Positions 36,820 to 46,412 of a stretch of 64,000 bases of DNA are shown here, piece by piece; the first letter of the stretch is position 1; each line of letters opens with the position of its first letter. Where the stretch lies: NCBI GenBank assembly GCA_946624935.1, contig CAMOSN010000002.1:30786-94785 (forward strand), read 5' to 3'. The position numbers were made by a program, and so were the translations under genes. Below the pieces are notes generated by a model. It was given only the letters and a program-made list of their open reading frames with translations. It did not search any database and had not been told where the DNA came from. Origin of the DNA: an uncultured Lachnospiraceae bacterium (lineage in GTDB: Bacteria > Bacillota > Clostridia > Lachnospirales > Lachnospiraceae).

Positions 36820-38673
36820 ATGCCTGGACCGGGAAGGCCATCCGGCCATTTTGCCAGAGGATACCTGACAGAGGAAGAAAAAAAGAACCGCCCAAAGGTA
36901 ACATTTGCCCTGCTGCAGCGGATTTTTGCCTATCTGAAGCCCTACTGGAAGCAGATGGCGCTTGTTCTGATATGTATTGTTATCTCTTCAAGCTTTTCAC
37001 TGATGCCTTCGATCCTGACGGGAAAGATCATAGATGAGGGACTGATCGGCGGCAGCATGCGCCTGTTGATCCTTTATATTGTTCTGTCATTGGGCCTGAC
37101 GCTTGGATCAAATTTGATCGGAGTTGCGGAGAGCTATCTCAACACCTGGATTGCGCAGCATATCATGTATGATATGCGCAACCAAATGTTCCGGCACCTT
37201 CAGAATATGTCTCAGCGCTTTTTTACCTCCAGCAATCAGGGAGATATTATTACGCGGATGACAAGTGACATCGATGGGGTGCAGTCAGTCATTGCAAATA
37301 CCTATACCAGTATTCTTTCGAATGTGATCACCTTGAGTGTTGCATTGATTGCCATGTTTCAGAAGAACTGGATTCTGGCGCTGTGCGGCATCATCGTTAT
37401 TCCCTTGTTTGTCCTTCCGACGCGGATGGCAGGCAGGACCAGATGGGAGCTGACGCAGGAAGCCCAGGCCTGCAATGATGAGATCAACGGGATCCTGAAC
37501 GAAACGCTTTCCGTAAGTGGCCAGCTGCTGGTGAAGCTCTTCGGGAAAGAAGATTACGAATACAGCAGATATGAGCAGATGAACCGGAAAATGATCGGGT
37601 TGAACATCCGCGAGAGAATGGCAGGCCGCTGGTTTTTTGTGATTATTTCCACGTTTTCCAGTATTGGCCCCATGCTGCTGTATCTGGTTGGCGGGATCCT
37701 GATGATGCGCTATGATTCCAGCCTGACGGTTGGGGATATTACTGTTCTTGTTGCACTTTTGGGCAGAATGTACGGACCGGTTAATCAACTGCTGAACATT
37801 CAGGTGGACTGGATTCGGTCTATGGCATTGTTTACCAGAATTTTTGAATATCTGGATCTTCCCGTGGAAGTGAAGAACATTCGGTATCCTGTTTCTCCGA
37901 AAAAGTCCAGAGGTGAGGTGACCTTTGAACAGGTCTGGTTCGGGTATGAGCCGGATCGGATGATCTTGAAAAATATTAATCTGTCCCTGAAAAGTGGTCA
38001 GTGTATTGCTTTGGTAGGACCGTCCGGATCCGGAAAGAGCACGATTGTTAATCTGATTCCGCGGCTGTATGATACCTCAAAAGGAAGAGTATTGTTTGAT
38101 GGGCATGATGTGAAGAAGCTGGATCTTCATTATCTGCGATCACACGTTGGGGTTGTGACACAGGAAACATACCTGTTTAATGCTTCAATCCGGGATAACC
38201 TGTTATATGCCAGGCCGGAAGCAACTGAGCAGGAAATGATAGAATGTTGTAAAAAGGCAAATATTTATGACTTTATCAGACAGCAGCCTGAGGGATTTGA
38301 TACACTTGTCGGCAACCGGGGACTGAAACTCTCCGGCGGTGAAAAACAACGATTGTCTATCGCCAGGGTTCTACTGAAAGATCCGTCTCTCCTGATTTTT
38401 GATGAAGCAACTTCCGCTCTGGATTCGGTATCCGAAAGACTTATTCAGGATGCAATCGAGCCGCTGATCAAAAACAGAACCAGTATTCTGATTGCGCACC
38501 GCCTCTCCACAATACTGGCAGCGGATGAGATTCTTGTGGTAAAAGAAGGAGAGATTGTCGAAAGAGGAACGCATGACCAGTTGGTAAATGCGGGAGGAAC
38601 ATATCAGGAACTATATGAGACGCAGTTTACGCTTCCGGGAACGGGACAAAATGGTCAGCCTTATAAAGGATAA
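36820..38673 (+). CDS. ABC exporter, fused permease/ATPase (MsbA/type I exporter-like)
   Basis: Six-TM domain, then Walker A GPSGSGKST, signature LSGGEKQR and Walker B LLIFDEATSALD. Confidence 0.9.
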   Translation: MPGPGRPSGHFARGYLTEEEKKNRPKVTFALLQRIFAYLKPYWKQMALVLICIVISSSFSLMPSILTGKIIDEGLIGGSMRLLILYIVLSLGLTLGSNLIGVAESYLNTWIAQHIMYDMRNQMFRHLQNMSQRFFTSSNQGDIITRMTSDIDGVQSVIANTYTSILSNVITLSVALIAMFQKNWILALCGIIVIPLFVLPTRMAGRTRWELTQEAQACNDEINGILNETLSVSGQLLVKLFGKEDYEYSRYEQMNRKMIGLNIRERMAGRWFFVIISTFSSIGPMLLYLVGGILMMRYDSSLTVGDITVLVALLGRMYGPVNQLLNIQVDWIRSMALFTRIFEYLDLPVEVKNIRYPVSPKKSRGEVTFEQVWFGYEPDRMILKNINLSLKSGQCIALVGPSGSGKSTIVNLIPRLYDTSKGRVLFDGHDVKKLDLHYLRSHVGVVTQETYLFNASIRDNLLYARPEATEQEMIECCKKANIYDFIRQQPEGFDTLVGNRGLKLSGGEKQRLSIARVLLKDPSLLIFDEATSALDSVSERLIQDAIEPLIKNRTSILIAHRLSTILAADEILVVKEGEIVERGTHDQLVNAGGTYQELYETQFTLPGTGQNGQPYKG

Positions 38674-38708
38674 ACCCCCAATTCTCCGGATATACATCGA
38701 TCCTGTCC

Positions 38709-38966
38709 ATGGAAGACAGCCGGATAAAACTTTATGACCTGAAGGACGGAAAAAGCATCTGTCAGATTGAACATCCGGGCAGTATTCTTCAGATCGAGAT
38801 GCCACGTTCGGGGAATGGCAATCTTTATGTCCTGGGATATGATGAACTGACGGTATACCATGTTGAAGAAACCGCTGCAGCGGGCATTGAGGCTGCGGCT
38901 GTGCGTTCTCTCAGCCTGGAGCCTGAGAATACTGAGTATTGCGGGGGATTTGTGCTGATGGAATGA
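38709..38966 (+). CDS. hypothetical 85-aa ORF, possibly a remnant of a beta-propeller-like gene
   Basis: No RBS. The same frame stays open upstream into the end of the ABC gene. The sequence (LYDLKDGKSICQIEHPGSILQIEM..NLYVLGYDELTVYHV) looks like isolated beta-strand repeats. Confidence 0.2.
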   Translation: MEDSRIKLYDLKDGKSICQIEHPGSILQIEMPRSGNGNLYVLGYDELTVYHVEETAAAGIEAAAVRSLSLEPENTEYCGGFVLME

Positions 38967-38983
38967 AAAAAGAAAAGATAAAA

Positions 38984-39025
38984 AGGAACGCTTTCCGTAT
39001 TTATAGTGGAGAGCGTTCCTTTTTT
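38984..39025. terminator. bidirectional rho-independent terminator
   Basis: aggaacgct / agcgttcct 9-bp stem with an A-run upstream and TTTTTT downstream. It sits between the plus-strand ABC region and the minus-strand small peptide gene. Confidence 0.7.
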
Positions 39026-39070
39026 ATGGAATGCTTTTCGGTTTCCTAATAATTTTACATGCAATAATAT

Positions 39071-39145
39071 TTATGAAACATATCCCTCAAATGCAGCAGC
39101 ACCGATCACAGAAACAGCAATCATCACGAGTACGAGTGTAGACAT
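39071..39145 (-). CDS. 24-aa hydrophobic peptide (MSTLVLVMIAVSVIGAAAFEGYVS), unannotated small ORF
   Basis: ATG at 39145 with a perfect AGGAGG (39158-39153) at 7-nt spacing. Stop TAA at 39073-39071, with the bidirectional terminator about 45 nt downstream. A single predicted TM helix. Confidence 0.4.
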   Translation of the reverse strand: MSTLVLVMIAVSVIGAAAFEGYVS

Positions 39146-39413
39146 TTCAATACCTCCTTCTTTGTTCCTTCTGTTCCTTTGTTGATATCATTATATTTTG
39201 ATTTAAGTCCTAAATAAACATATATAAAGACAAATAATATAATTATATAGACATATCCGGTTGATTATAACGATTGAGTTGTTATATAATGAAAACCAGT
39301 TACCCGTATAAATTTGATTTTTGGATTTACTTTTGTCATAATATATTTATCGGAATCGTTTAAAACGCGATTTTTTGATGATAAAGAAGCAGAACAGGGG
39401 GATCACGTTCGTT

Positions 39414-41213
39414 ATGGAAGAAAGATTACCAAAAAGAAATGAAGTGCCGAAGGAGCTTACCTGGCAGCTGGAAGATATTTTTTCGGATACAGATGCCTGG
39501 GAAAAGGAAATGAACGAGGCAGCAGCGCTGGCAGAGCAGGCAGCTTCGTTTGAGGGAACGCTCGCACAGAGCGCGGAAAATCTGCTCGGGGTAATGAAAG
39601 CCTATGAAGCATGTCTGCTCAACCTGGACAGAGTATCAGGATATGCCAGTATGCGTCACGATGAAGACACCGGTAATGCACAGCACCAGGCACTGGAATT
39701 GAGAGTGCAGAGCCTCTGGGCGCAGACGATGGAAAAGCTGGCATTTCTTGAACCGGAGATTCTGGAACTTCCGGAGGACAAGCTGAATGCTTTCTTTGAG
39801 GAGCAGCCTTGCCTGAAAACATATGAAATAACGATCCGGGAAATCGTCCGAATGCGTGCACATTCCCTTTCCAAAGAAGCAGAGCAGCTTCTGGCCGGCG
39901 CGGGAGAAATGGCACAGACGCCCTCCAACGCTTTTGGCATGCTGGCAAACGCAGATCTGAAATTTCCGTCTGTAAAGGACCGTGACGGGAAGGACATACA
40001 GATCAGCAACGGGCGGTTTGTACCGCTGCAGATGTCTTCGGACCGGGAACTGCGCAAAGAAGTATTTGAAAAGTTTTATACAAGATACAGTGAATTTGCA
40101 AATACCTGGGCGGCATTGTATGACGGGCAGGTAAAAAAGCAGCTTTTCTATGCGCGTGCCAGAAAATATCCATCCGCTTTTGAAGCAGCAGTCGATGCCA
40201 ATCATGTGGATCCTGCAGTTTGCGACCGACTTTTTGAAAGCGTCCATAAAGGTATGGATAAGATGCACCGTTATGTTGCACTGCGCAAAAAGCTCCTGGG
40301 TGTTGATGAGCTTCACATGTACGATGTATATATCCCGATGGTCAGCGACTATGACCGCAAAATATCTTATGAAGAAGCAAAACAGCTGTCTTTGGAAGCA
40401 CTCTCGGTTCTGGGGGAAGAATATATTTCCGTGGTACGCAAAGCCTATGATGACCGCTGGATCGATGTAAAGGAAAATGAAGGGAAGCGTTCCGGTGCAT
40501 ATTCTTCCGGCGTTTATGATGTACATCCCTATATGCTTCTGAATTATACGGATACCCTGGATGACGTGTTCACACTGGTTCACGAGATGGGACATTCCAT
40601 GCATACCTGGTATTCCACCCACAACCAGTCCTTCCTGGATTCGCAGTACAAAATATTTGTAGCGGAGGTAGCATCAACGACCAATGAAATTCTTCTTCTG
40701 GAATATCTGCTCACGCGGGCACAGGACAAACGGGAGAAGGCATACCTGATCAATCACTATCTGGAAAGCTTTAAAGGAACCCTTTTCCGTCAGACGATGT
40801 TCGAAGAATTCGAACGTAAAACCAATGAGCTTGCACAGCAGGGCACTCCACTGACTGCACAGCTGCTGAGCGAAATCTATCTGGAGCTGAACCGGAAGTA
40901 TTTCGGGGACGAGATGGTATCGGATCCGCTGATTGCCTATGAATGGTGCAGGATTCCGCATTTTTACTACAACTTCTATGTCTATCAGTATGCGACCAGC
41001 TTTGCGGCTTCCGTTGCCATCGCCCACCGGATTCTGGAAGAGGGCGAGAAGGCAGTAAAGCCTTACCTGTCCTTCCTGAAGAGCGGATGTACCTCCGATC
41101 CGGTCAGCCTGCTTAAAATCGCCGGCGTTGATCTTTCGACCTCGCGCCCTGTCGATGAAGCACTGGAGGTGTTTGGAAAGGCAATCGATGAGATGGAGCG
41201 TCTGATCGGATAA
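39414..41213 (+). CDS. pepF: oligoendopeptidase F (M3B)
   Basis: HEMGHSMH zinc motif. The N-terminus MEERLPKRNEVPKELTWQLEDIFS is typical of PepF. About 600 aa. Confidence 0.9.
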   Translation: MEERLPKRNEVPKELTWQLEDIFSDTDAWEKEMNEAAALAEQAASFEGTLAQSAENLLGVMKAYEACLLNLDRVSGYASMRHDEDTGNAQHQALELRVQSLWAQTMEKLAFLEPEILELPEDKLNAFFEEQPCLKTYEITIREIVRMRAHSLSKEAEQLLAGAGEMAQTPSNAFGMLANADLKFPSVKDRDGKDIQISNGRFVPLQMSSDRELRKEVFEKFYTRYSEFANTWAALYDGQVKKQLFYARARKYPSAFEAAVDANHVDPAVCDRLFESVHKGMDKMHRYVALRKKLLGVDELHMYDVYIPMVSDYDRKISYEEAKQLSLEALSVLGEEYISVVRKAYDDRWIDVKENEGKRSGAYSSGVYDVHPYMLLNYTDTLDDVFTLVHEMGHSMHTWYSTHNQSFLDSQYKIFVAEVASTTNEILLLEYLLTRAQDKREKAYLINHYLESFKGTLFRQTMFEEFERKTNELAQQGTPLTAQLLSEIYLELNRKYFGDEMVSDPLIAYEWCRIPHFYYNFYVYQYATSFAASVAIAHRILEEGEKAVKPYLSFLKSGCTSDPVSLLKIAGVDLSTSRPVDEALEVFGKAIDEMERLIG

Positions 41214-41305
41214 ACGATCGATACATCATAGTTATTAAGGAAAAGAACGGGCACTTTGCCTTACGATCCGTACACAGGCGGCTTGTATAAAGCAGAAAGG
41301 GCGAT

Positions 41306-42190
41306 ATGAAGATCACTGTCAGAGAAAATCATATGGAGGAGATTGAAGAAATCCGACCCGAGTTTCCGTATACCTGTCACCATGTGGAAATGAAAAACAC
41401 GAGGGTTCCCTGGCACTGGCATGAGGAGCTGGAATTTGACCGGATTCTAACCGGAGAGGTACAATTAAAAACTGCCGGGCGTTCCATGTCCTTTCGGGCC
41501 GGGGAAGCCTATTTTACAAATGCAAATGTGCTCAGTTCTCTGGAAGGAAGCAGGGAGACTGTACTGAAATCTCATATTTTCCACCCGGTATTTCTGACGG
41601 GGCATTACCACAGTGTTTTTGAAACGAACTATCTGGACCCTGTTCTTCACAACCGAAAGATCGAAATTATTGCGATTCGTGGTGAGAGCCGGCCACAGAA
41701 GGATATTCTTAATCTATTAAAAAAAGCGGAAGCGCTGTGGGGGCAGACCGGTCAGGAAATGTGGCTTCGGAATATCTTTTCCGAAATATGGATGGCTTTG
41801 ATGGAGGAAATCCGCAGCCTGAAAGAAGAGGAACGGGCAGTGCCTTCCCGGGATCAGGAGCGGCTCTTTACGATGATCTCCTATATTCAGGAGCACGCTG
41901 CGGAAAAAGTTACACTGGAGCAGATTGCGGCAGCTGCAGCAGTCGGCACCAGAGAATGCCTGCGCTGCTTCCGAAAGGGCATTAATGAGACTCCTTTTGC
42001 CTACCTGATGGAATATCGTGTTGAAATGGCACAGCGTCTGCTCCGGCAGACCGATGTATCGGTCCTGGATATTGCAAATGAAACCGGGTTTTCCAGCAGT
42101 GCATATTTCGCGAAAATCTTTAAGCGGACCACCGGGATGACTCCTGTACAATACAGGAAACGAATGCATCTGGAAGCAACACATGAATGA
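41306..42190 (+). CDS. AraC-family transcriptional regulator
   Basis: Cupin-like N-terminus and a C-terminal HTH, VLDIANETGFSSSAYFAKIFKRTTGMTPVQYR. Confidence 0.85.
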   Translation: MKITVRENHMEEIEEIRPEFPYTCHHVEMKNTRVPWHWHEELEFDRILTGEVQLKTAGRSMSFRAGEAYFTNANVLSSLEGSRETVLKSHIFHPVFLTGHYHSVFETNYLDPVLHNRKIEIIAIRGESRPQKDILNLLKKAEALWGQTGQEMWLRNIFSEIWMALMEEIRSLKEEERAVPSRDQERLFTMISYIQEHAAEKVTLEQIAAAAAVGTRECLRCFRKGINETPFAYLMEYRVEMAQRLLRQTDVSVLDIANETGFSSSAYFAKIFKRTTGMTPVQYRKRMHLEATHE

Positions 42191-42212
42191 GCTTTGAGAG
42201 GAGAAGGCGAAT

Positions 42213-42745
42213 ATGAAAAAACGGCAACTATATGGATTGCTCATGACCGGAATGTTATCCTGTTTTTATGCTTCTGCTGGTCTTACGGCGGAAACCGAAA
42301 CTGCTGTCACCTCAGTCAATGTAGATGATTCTCAGGATAAATGGTTTACGTACCGTTACGCAGATGCCCAGGAGGCATCACAGCTGCTCCTGTCCAATCG
42401 GGATTAAATTCCTATGCGACCTTCAAAATTGACGGAAAAGATATAGACTGTGTTACCGTGTTTACTGTAACCAAACCCTTTGAAAAACCAGGAGACAACT
42501 TCTTTTACCGACAGCAGACCGGTCTTGTACCAATTGACGACCTCTCCGTCATGTACAAAGCAGAGGATGCTTCGAATTTCTATGATATATTCGGATATAA
42601 TACAGTTTATGTGATCGATCCGGAGGAAACGTTGGCGGACAACTTCAGTTATACCATCATTGAGGGATTAGATCAGGAATGGTATCAAACACCGGAAATG
42701 ATCCGGGCAATTGACAAGTTATTAATCGAACATTCGTATCTATGA
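42213..42745 (+). pseudogene. secreted hypothetical protein split by a +/-1 frameshift near 42395-42405
   Basis: ORF 42213..42407 carries the signal peptide MKKRQLYGLLMTGMLSCFYASAG. The reading continues sensibly only in another frame (42341..42745; ..LNSYATFKIDGKDIDCV..). The junction lies at a cggg run. Confidence 0.5.
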
Positions 42746-42831
42746 CAACTTCAAATGCCCAGCCTGGTAAGAGATAGGGCAGCACATTCAACAGAAGTGT
42801 GCATAAAAATATTATCATTGAACATATCAGT

Positions 42832-42862
42832 AAACCCCTGGCAATCGTTGCAGGGGTTTTTT
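42832..42862 (+). terminator. rho-independent terminator
   Basis: aaacccctg / caggggttt stem followed by a T-run (42857-42862). Confidence 0.7.
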
Positions 42863-42922
42863 ATAAACCTGGAAGGCGTTTTTTGATCTTGCTTTTGATC
42901 TTGTAATATTGTATGATTTTGT

Positions 42923-42946
42923 ATTATCATATTTAATAATGATAAT
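42923..42946. promoter_or_regulatory. inverted repeat ATTATCAT-N8-ATGATAAT upstream of the small HTH gene
   Basis: Perfect 8-bp arms in an AT-rich region. Preceded by a direct repeat, 2 x TTTTGATCTTG, at 42881-42903. Confidence 0.35.
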
Positions 42947-43029
42947 CAGTATTGTAGAGAATGCCTTTGTGTAGTATTATCAATATTAATTATAATAAAT
43001 ACTGAGAAATGTATTCGGAGATCATACAG

Positions 43030-43377
43030 ATGAAATACAAATTAATCGGAATCATGAATGATGACCCGTCTGTGATCCATGACCGGATCAATATCATTAA
43101 TCAGGCAATCGCATCCAGCGGCATTCGTCTTGAGTTGACAGACATTGATGAAGAAAGCATCCTCCTGGGAATAAATTATCCGGACGATAAAAATACGCGA
43201 AATGCCGGCAGAAAACGCAAAGCCATTTTTCCGGGGCGCGAAGTCACTGTCCGGGAGGTCCGGCAGATGATCAAAGAAAAAGGGCCTGTCCAAACCGCCG
43301 AATTTCTCGGCATTGGACAGGCAACCTTATACAGAAGACTGCGGGAATATGGAGATCATGAGGACTGGATTTTGTAA
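43030..43377 (+). CDS. small protein with resolvase-type C-terminal HTH (HTH_7-like), no recombinase catalytic domain
   Basis: NAGRKRKAIFPGREVTVREVRQMIKEKGPVQTAEFLGIGQATLYRRLRE resembles the C-terminal DNA-binding arm of serine recombinases. The N-terminal 60 aa are unrelated. ATG 43030 has a GGAGA RBS. Confidence 0.45.
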   Translation: MKYKLIGIMNDDPSVIHDRINIINQAIASSGIRLELTDIDEESILLGINYPDDKNTRNAGRKRKAIFPGREVTVREVRQMIKEKGPVQTAEFLGIGQATLYRRLREYGDHEDWIL

Positions 43378-43454
43378 ATGAAGACGTAGGGAGCCCCTGC
43401 GATCTATACGTGAAACGCGAGTTTATCAAATAGATTATCCTGTTTTTCGTTGAT

Positions 43455-44129
43455 TCACATTAGATTTGTATAATCTCTGAGTGCATTTATCAAAATGCTG
43501 CGATGGACATTTGCTCCAAGGTATTTATGTACGATCCGCAAAATCTCCTGATCAGAAATGGAATCAGACGTATATTCCGGATGAACGGTTTCCTTCAGAA
43601 TTGCAAGCGGGCTGATCGTTTCAGGCATCTTTTTATAAACGCCGTAGCCGTTAGCACGGACTGCCCGGCTGCCGGTGTTTTCAATTGCCTTTCTGGTTTT
43701 CGCCCAGGCATCCAGAATATGTTTCCGGCTGACCTGATGCTCCTGCGCATAGGAAATCAGAGAATCCGTCACTTCATGATCGCCTTGTCCCATCCTGCTA
43801 AGAGAGATAATTGTATCAATTGCAAGATGACACTCGGCTAGCGGCTGCACGTCTTCACAGCGTTCCCTGGCCGACCGTTCATAACGGCTGTATGTGTCCC
43901 CGGCGGAACGGATCTTCCAGATAGAAAGCTCAGAAATCGCATAGTGCGATGCCATATACCTTACCCATTCTGTAAAAGATCGGTGCCCGGCTTTCACCCA
44001 CAGCCGTTCCTTTTCTACTCGCTTGATCAGCTCATAGGACAGCTTCCACGACTTTCCATCAGAACGAATGATAATGGCGATCCGATTCTCGATTGTATCA
44101 AGTGAATCATCCTGAAATACAGGTACCAT
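43455..44129 (-). CDS. hypothetical protein with a plasmid/phage flavour
   Basis: 224 aa. The segment WKLSYELIKRVEKERLWVKAGHRSFTEWVRYMASHYAISELSIWKIR resembles DNA-binding modules of mobile-element proteins. GAGGGA RBS. Confidence 0.45.
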   Translation of the reverse strand: MVPVFQDDSLDTIENRIAIIIRSDGKSWKLSYELIKRVEKERLWVKAGHRSFTEWVRYMASHYAISELSIWKIRSAGDTYSRYERSARERCEDVQPLAECHLAIDTIISLSRMGQGDHEVTDSLISYAQEHQVSRKHILDAWAKTRKAIENTGSRAVRANGYGVYKKMPETISPLAILKETVHPEYTSDSISDQEILRIVHKYLGANVHRSILINALRDYTNLM

Positions 44130-44181
44130 ACTTTTCCCTCACATATTGACGAAGCCTTACCAAGTCCTTTTACTTTATCAT

Positions 44182-44204
44182 TTTACTATATCCGATATAG
44201 TAAA
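44182..44204. promoter_or_regulatory. perfect 23-bp palindromic operator within the promoter of the 43455..44129 gene
   Basis: TTTACTATATC-C-GATATAGTAAA fills the spacer between minus-strand TTGAAT (44209-44204) and TAAAAT (44185-44180). Confidence 0.5.
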
Positions 44205-44371
44205 TTCAACCTCGTTTTTTTCTGACGAATCATGGCCGCTGTATTTCCAAACACTTTATATAATAGAATGAAGGAATAAAAAGAGACCCCCTGATCCTCA
44301 TGGACCAGAAGGCCTGCCATAAACGGTCTGCAAGTATTAAACTTGAAATAGATTTGCCCGAAACTGCCGGA

Positions 44372-45469
44372 TTATTTGTTCAGGACAAGCTTTCCGAGCG
44401 CATCCGCATGGAGGATCGCATCATACATCTCACACGGCTGTACATCGCCTGCGAGGTTGTGGATGGTTTCTCCCGGTACACATGCACTCTCTGCGATCTT
44501 CATGACCTGCTCCGGTGTTGTGATACCGATCTGTTCAAGGGTCACAGGAAGACCTACCTCCAGGCAGAAATTCTGAACCTCTTCGAATTCCGCTTTCGGA
44601 GCTCCCTCCAGAATCAGCTGCACCAGGGTACCGAATGCCACACAGTCACCGTGATCGGCATGCTTGCAGCCTACCGATGTCACACCATTGTAGAAAGAAT
44701 GTGCTGCTGCACAGTTTACGTTGTCGGCGCCTACACCGGAAAGATAAACGTTCGCTTCAATGATATACTCAAGTGCCGGCGTAACTACATGATTCTTACA
44801 TGCTTCGATTGCCTGCTTGCCGTAATCTCTGAGAGTTTCATAGCACAGACGTGCAAGAGCCTGGCCTGCTCTTGTAATACCGGTACCTTCCAGGCTGGCG
44901 GATTCGGTGCGGATGGAAGCACGTCCCTCGAAGAAGGTTCCGAGCGCATCGCCCATTCCGGAAACGAGGAAGTGAACCGGAGCGTTTGCGATGATATTGC
45001 AGTCTACAATCACAGCATCCGGATTGGTCGGATAGAACAGATAACGATCAAAGCTGTGATCATCGTTATAGATTACGGAAAGTCCGGTGCAGGGAGCATC
45101 CGTAGCAGCTACGGTCGGAACGATAACGATGTGCTTTCCGGTATAATAAGCTGTTGCTTTTGCCGTATCAACTGCGCTGCCGCCGCCGACTGCTACAACA
45201 ACTTCGATATTGTCTTCCTTGACGATCTCCATCATTTTCTGAATCTCGCCATTGCTGGACACACCGCCGAAGATCTCATAGCGTCTGTAGTCCTCAAGAT
45301 CGCCGAAGCTCTTTTCGATTTTCTCATGGCATGCTTTATATCCACTGTTGGAGCATACAAACAGCCATCTCTTTCCCATATATCCCATTTCCTCATGGAA
45401 TTTATACAGCGCATCTCTGCCCTGAACATATTTCAGAGGTTCACGCATTGCACGAAGTCTTCCCATCAT
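44372..45469 (-). CDS. gldA: glycerol dehydrogenase (iron-containing ADH family)
   Basis: VAVGGGSAVDTAKA, VPTVAATDAPCTGLSVIY and LVSGMGDALGTFFE motifs. AGGAGG lies 10 nt upstream of ATG 45469. Confidence 0.9.
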   Translation of the reverse strand: MMGRLRAMREPLKYVQGRDALYKFHEEMGYMGKRWLFVCSNSGYKACHEKIEKSFGDLEDYRRYEIFGGVSSNGEIQKMMEIVKEDNIEVVVAVGGGSAVDTAKATAYYTGKHIVIVPTVAATDAPCTGLSVIYNDDHSFDRYLFYPTNPDAVIVDCNIIANAPVHFLVSGMGDALGTFFEGRASIRTESASLEGTGITRAGQALARLCYETLRDYGKQAIEACKNHVVTPALEYIIEANVYLSGVGADNVNCAAAHSFYNGVTSVGCKHADHGDCVAFGTLVQLILEGAPKAEFEEVQNFCLEVGLPVTLEQIGITTPEQVMKIAESACVPGETIHNLAGDVQPCEMYDAILHADALGKLVLNK

Positions 45470-45640
45470 AATAGTAGTCCTCCTCGTATAGATAAATCTT
45501 TAACAAACACCCGGATTATATACCTTCTGTTTTTCAATTTCAAGCCCAAAATTGTTTTTCATTCGTTCTTTTCTGGAAATCTGAAAACAAATACCGGGAA
45601 ATGAGGAGAAAAAAAATAAAAAATAATTTAGCACTCGCAC

Positions 45641-45669
45641 TTGACGAGTGCCGCTGACAGTGCTATAAC
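45641..45669 (+). promoter_or_regulatory. sigma-A-type promoter upstream of L25/ctc
   Basis: TTGACG (45641-45646), a 17-nt spacer, then TGcTATAAC (-10 at 45664-45669). This leaves a leader of about 130 nt. Confidence 0.5.
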
Positions 45670-45802
45670 AGGAACTGTCGGAAGGATCCATCCGAAATAC
45701 AATCATCAATTTCATAGTTCATTACCACTTAACAAACCTGAATTCTTATTCGCACAGAATTTTGAGGGCTGCTAAGCGTGCATGTTTTGGAGGAAAAGTC
45801 AA

Positions 45803-46405
45803 ATGAATACTTTGAAAACAGAACGCAGAGATTTAGCAGAAAAAGCAAAAAGACTCCGCAGAGAAGGATTTGTCACCGGCAATGTTTTCGGTCATCAAAT
45901 TGAAGGCTCCATTCCTGTAAAAATGAACCGTCAGGAGGTCGAAAAGCTTCTGAAGGGTCATGGTAAGGGTTCAAAGCTTACCCTGGAACTGGAAGGAAAA
46001 ACATATCCTGTCCTGATCAAGGAAATCCAGTACAACCCCATCAAAGGTCAGTTTGATGAGATCGACTTCCAGGCCCTGGTAGCAGATGAAATGATCCGCT
46101 CCGTTGCAGAAGTTCAGATCCATAATCACGATAAGCTTCGTGAAGGTGTACTGCAGCAGGAACTGACAGAAATTTCTTACAGCGCTCTTCCGGCCGACCT
46201 TGTTGAAAAGGTTCTGGTTGATGTAGAAGAACTGAGAATCGGCGACACTGTAAAGGTAGGCGATCTGGAAATTGCAAAGAATCCGAAGATCCACCTGCAC
46301 TCTGACCTGAATGCTGTGATTGTAACCGTAACAGCAGTCAAAGCACATCAGGATCAGGCTGAGGAAACAGAAGAAACAGCTGAAGCACCGACAAGTGCGG
46401 AATAA
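45803..46405 (+). CDS. ctc: 50S ribosomal protein L25/general stress protein Ctc
   Basis: MNTLKTERRDLAEKAKRLRREGFVTGNVFG.. plus an acidic C-terminal tail. GGAGGA RBS. Confidence 0.9.
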   Translation: MNTLKTERRDLAEKAKRLRREGFVTGNVFGHQIEGSIPVKMNRQEVEKLLKGHGKGSKLTLELEGKTYPVLIKEIQYNPIKGQFDEIDFQALVADEMIRSVAEVQIHNHDKLREGVLQQELTEISYSALPADLVEKVLVDVEELRIGDTVKVGDLEIAKNPKIHLHSDLNAVIVTVTAVKAHQDQAEETEETAEAPTSAE

Positions 46406-46412
46406 AAAAGGG

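Noticed and set aside
44300-45604. 434-aa plus-strand ORF
   Set aside because: It is fully antisense to the well-supported gldA gene (44372..45469). The translation is Cys/His/Ile-rich with no motifs and no RBS, so it is a shadow ORF.
45631-45651. Hairpin gcactcg-N7-cgagtgc as a terminator
   Set aside because: It has no U-tract on the plus strand. On the minus strand it is followed by a T-rich run, but no minus-strand gene lies upstream of it. It also overlaps the -35 of the ctc promoter, so it is probably incidental or an operator.
45670-45802. Leader of about 130 nt upstream of L25/ctc as a ribosomal-protein autoregulatory leader
   Set aside because: Only weak local hairpins were seen, and I know of no established Firmicute L25 leader motif to compare with by eye. 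It was noted under the promoter feature only.
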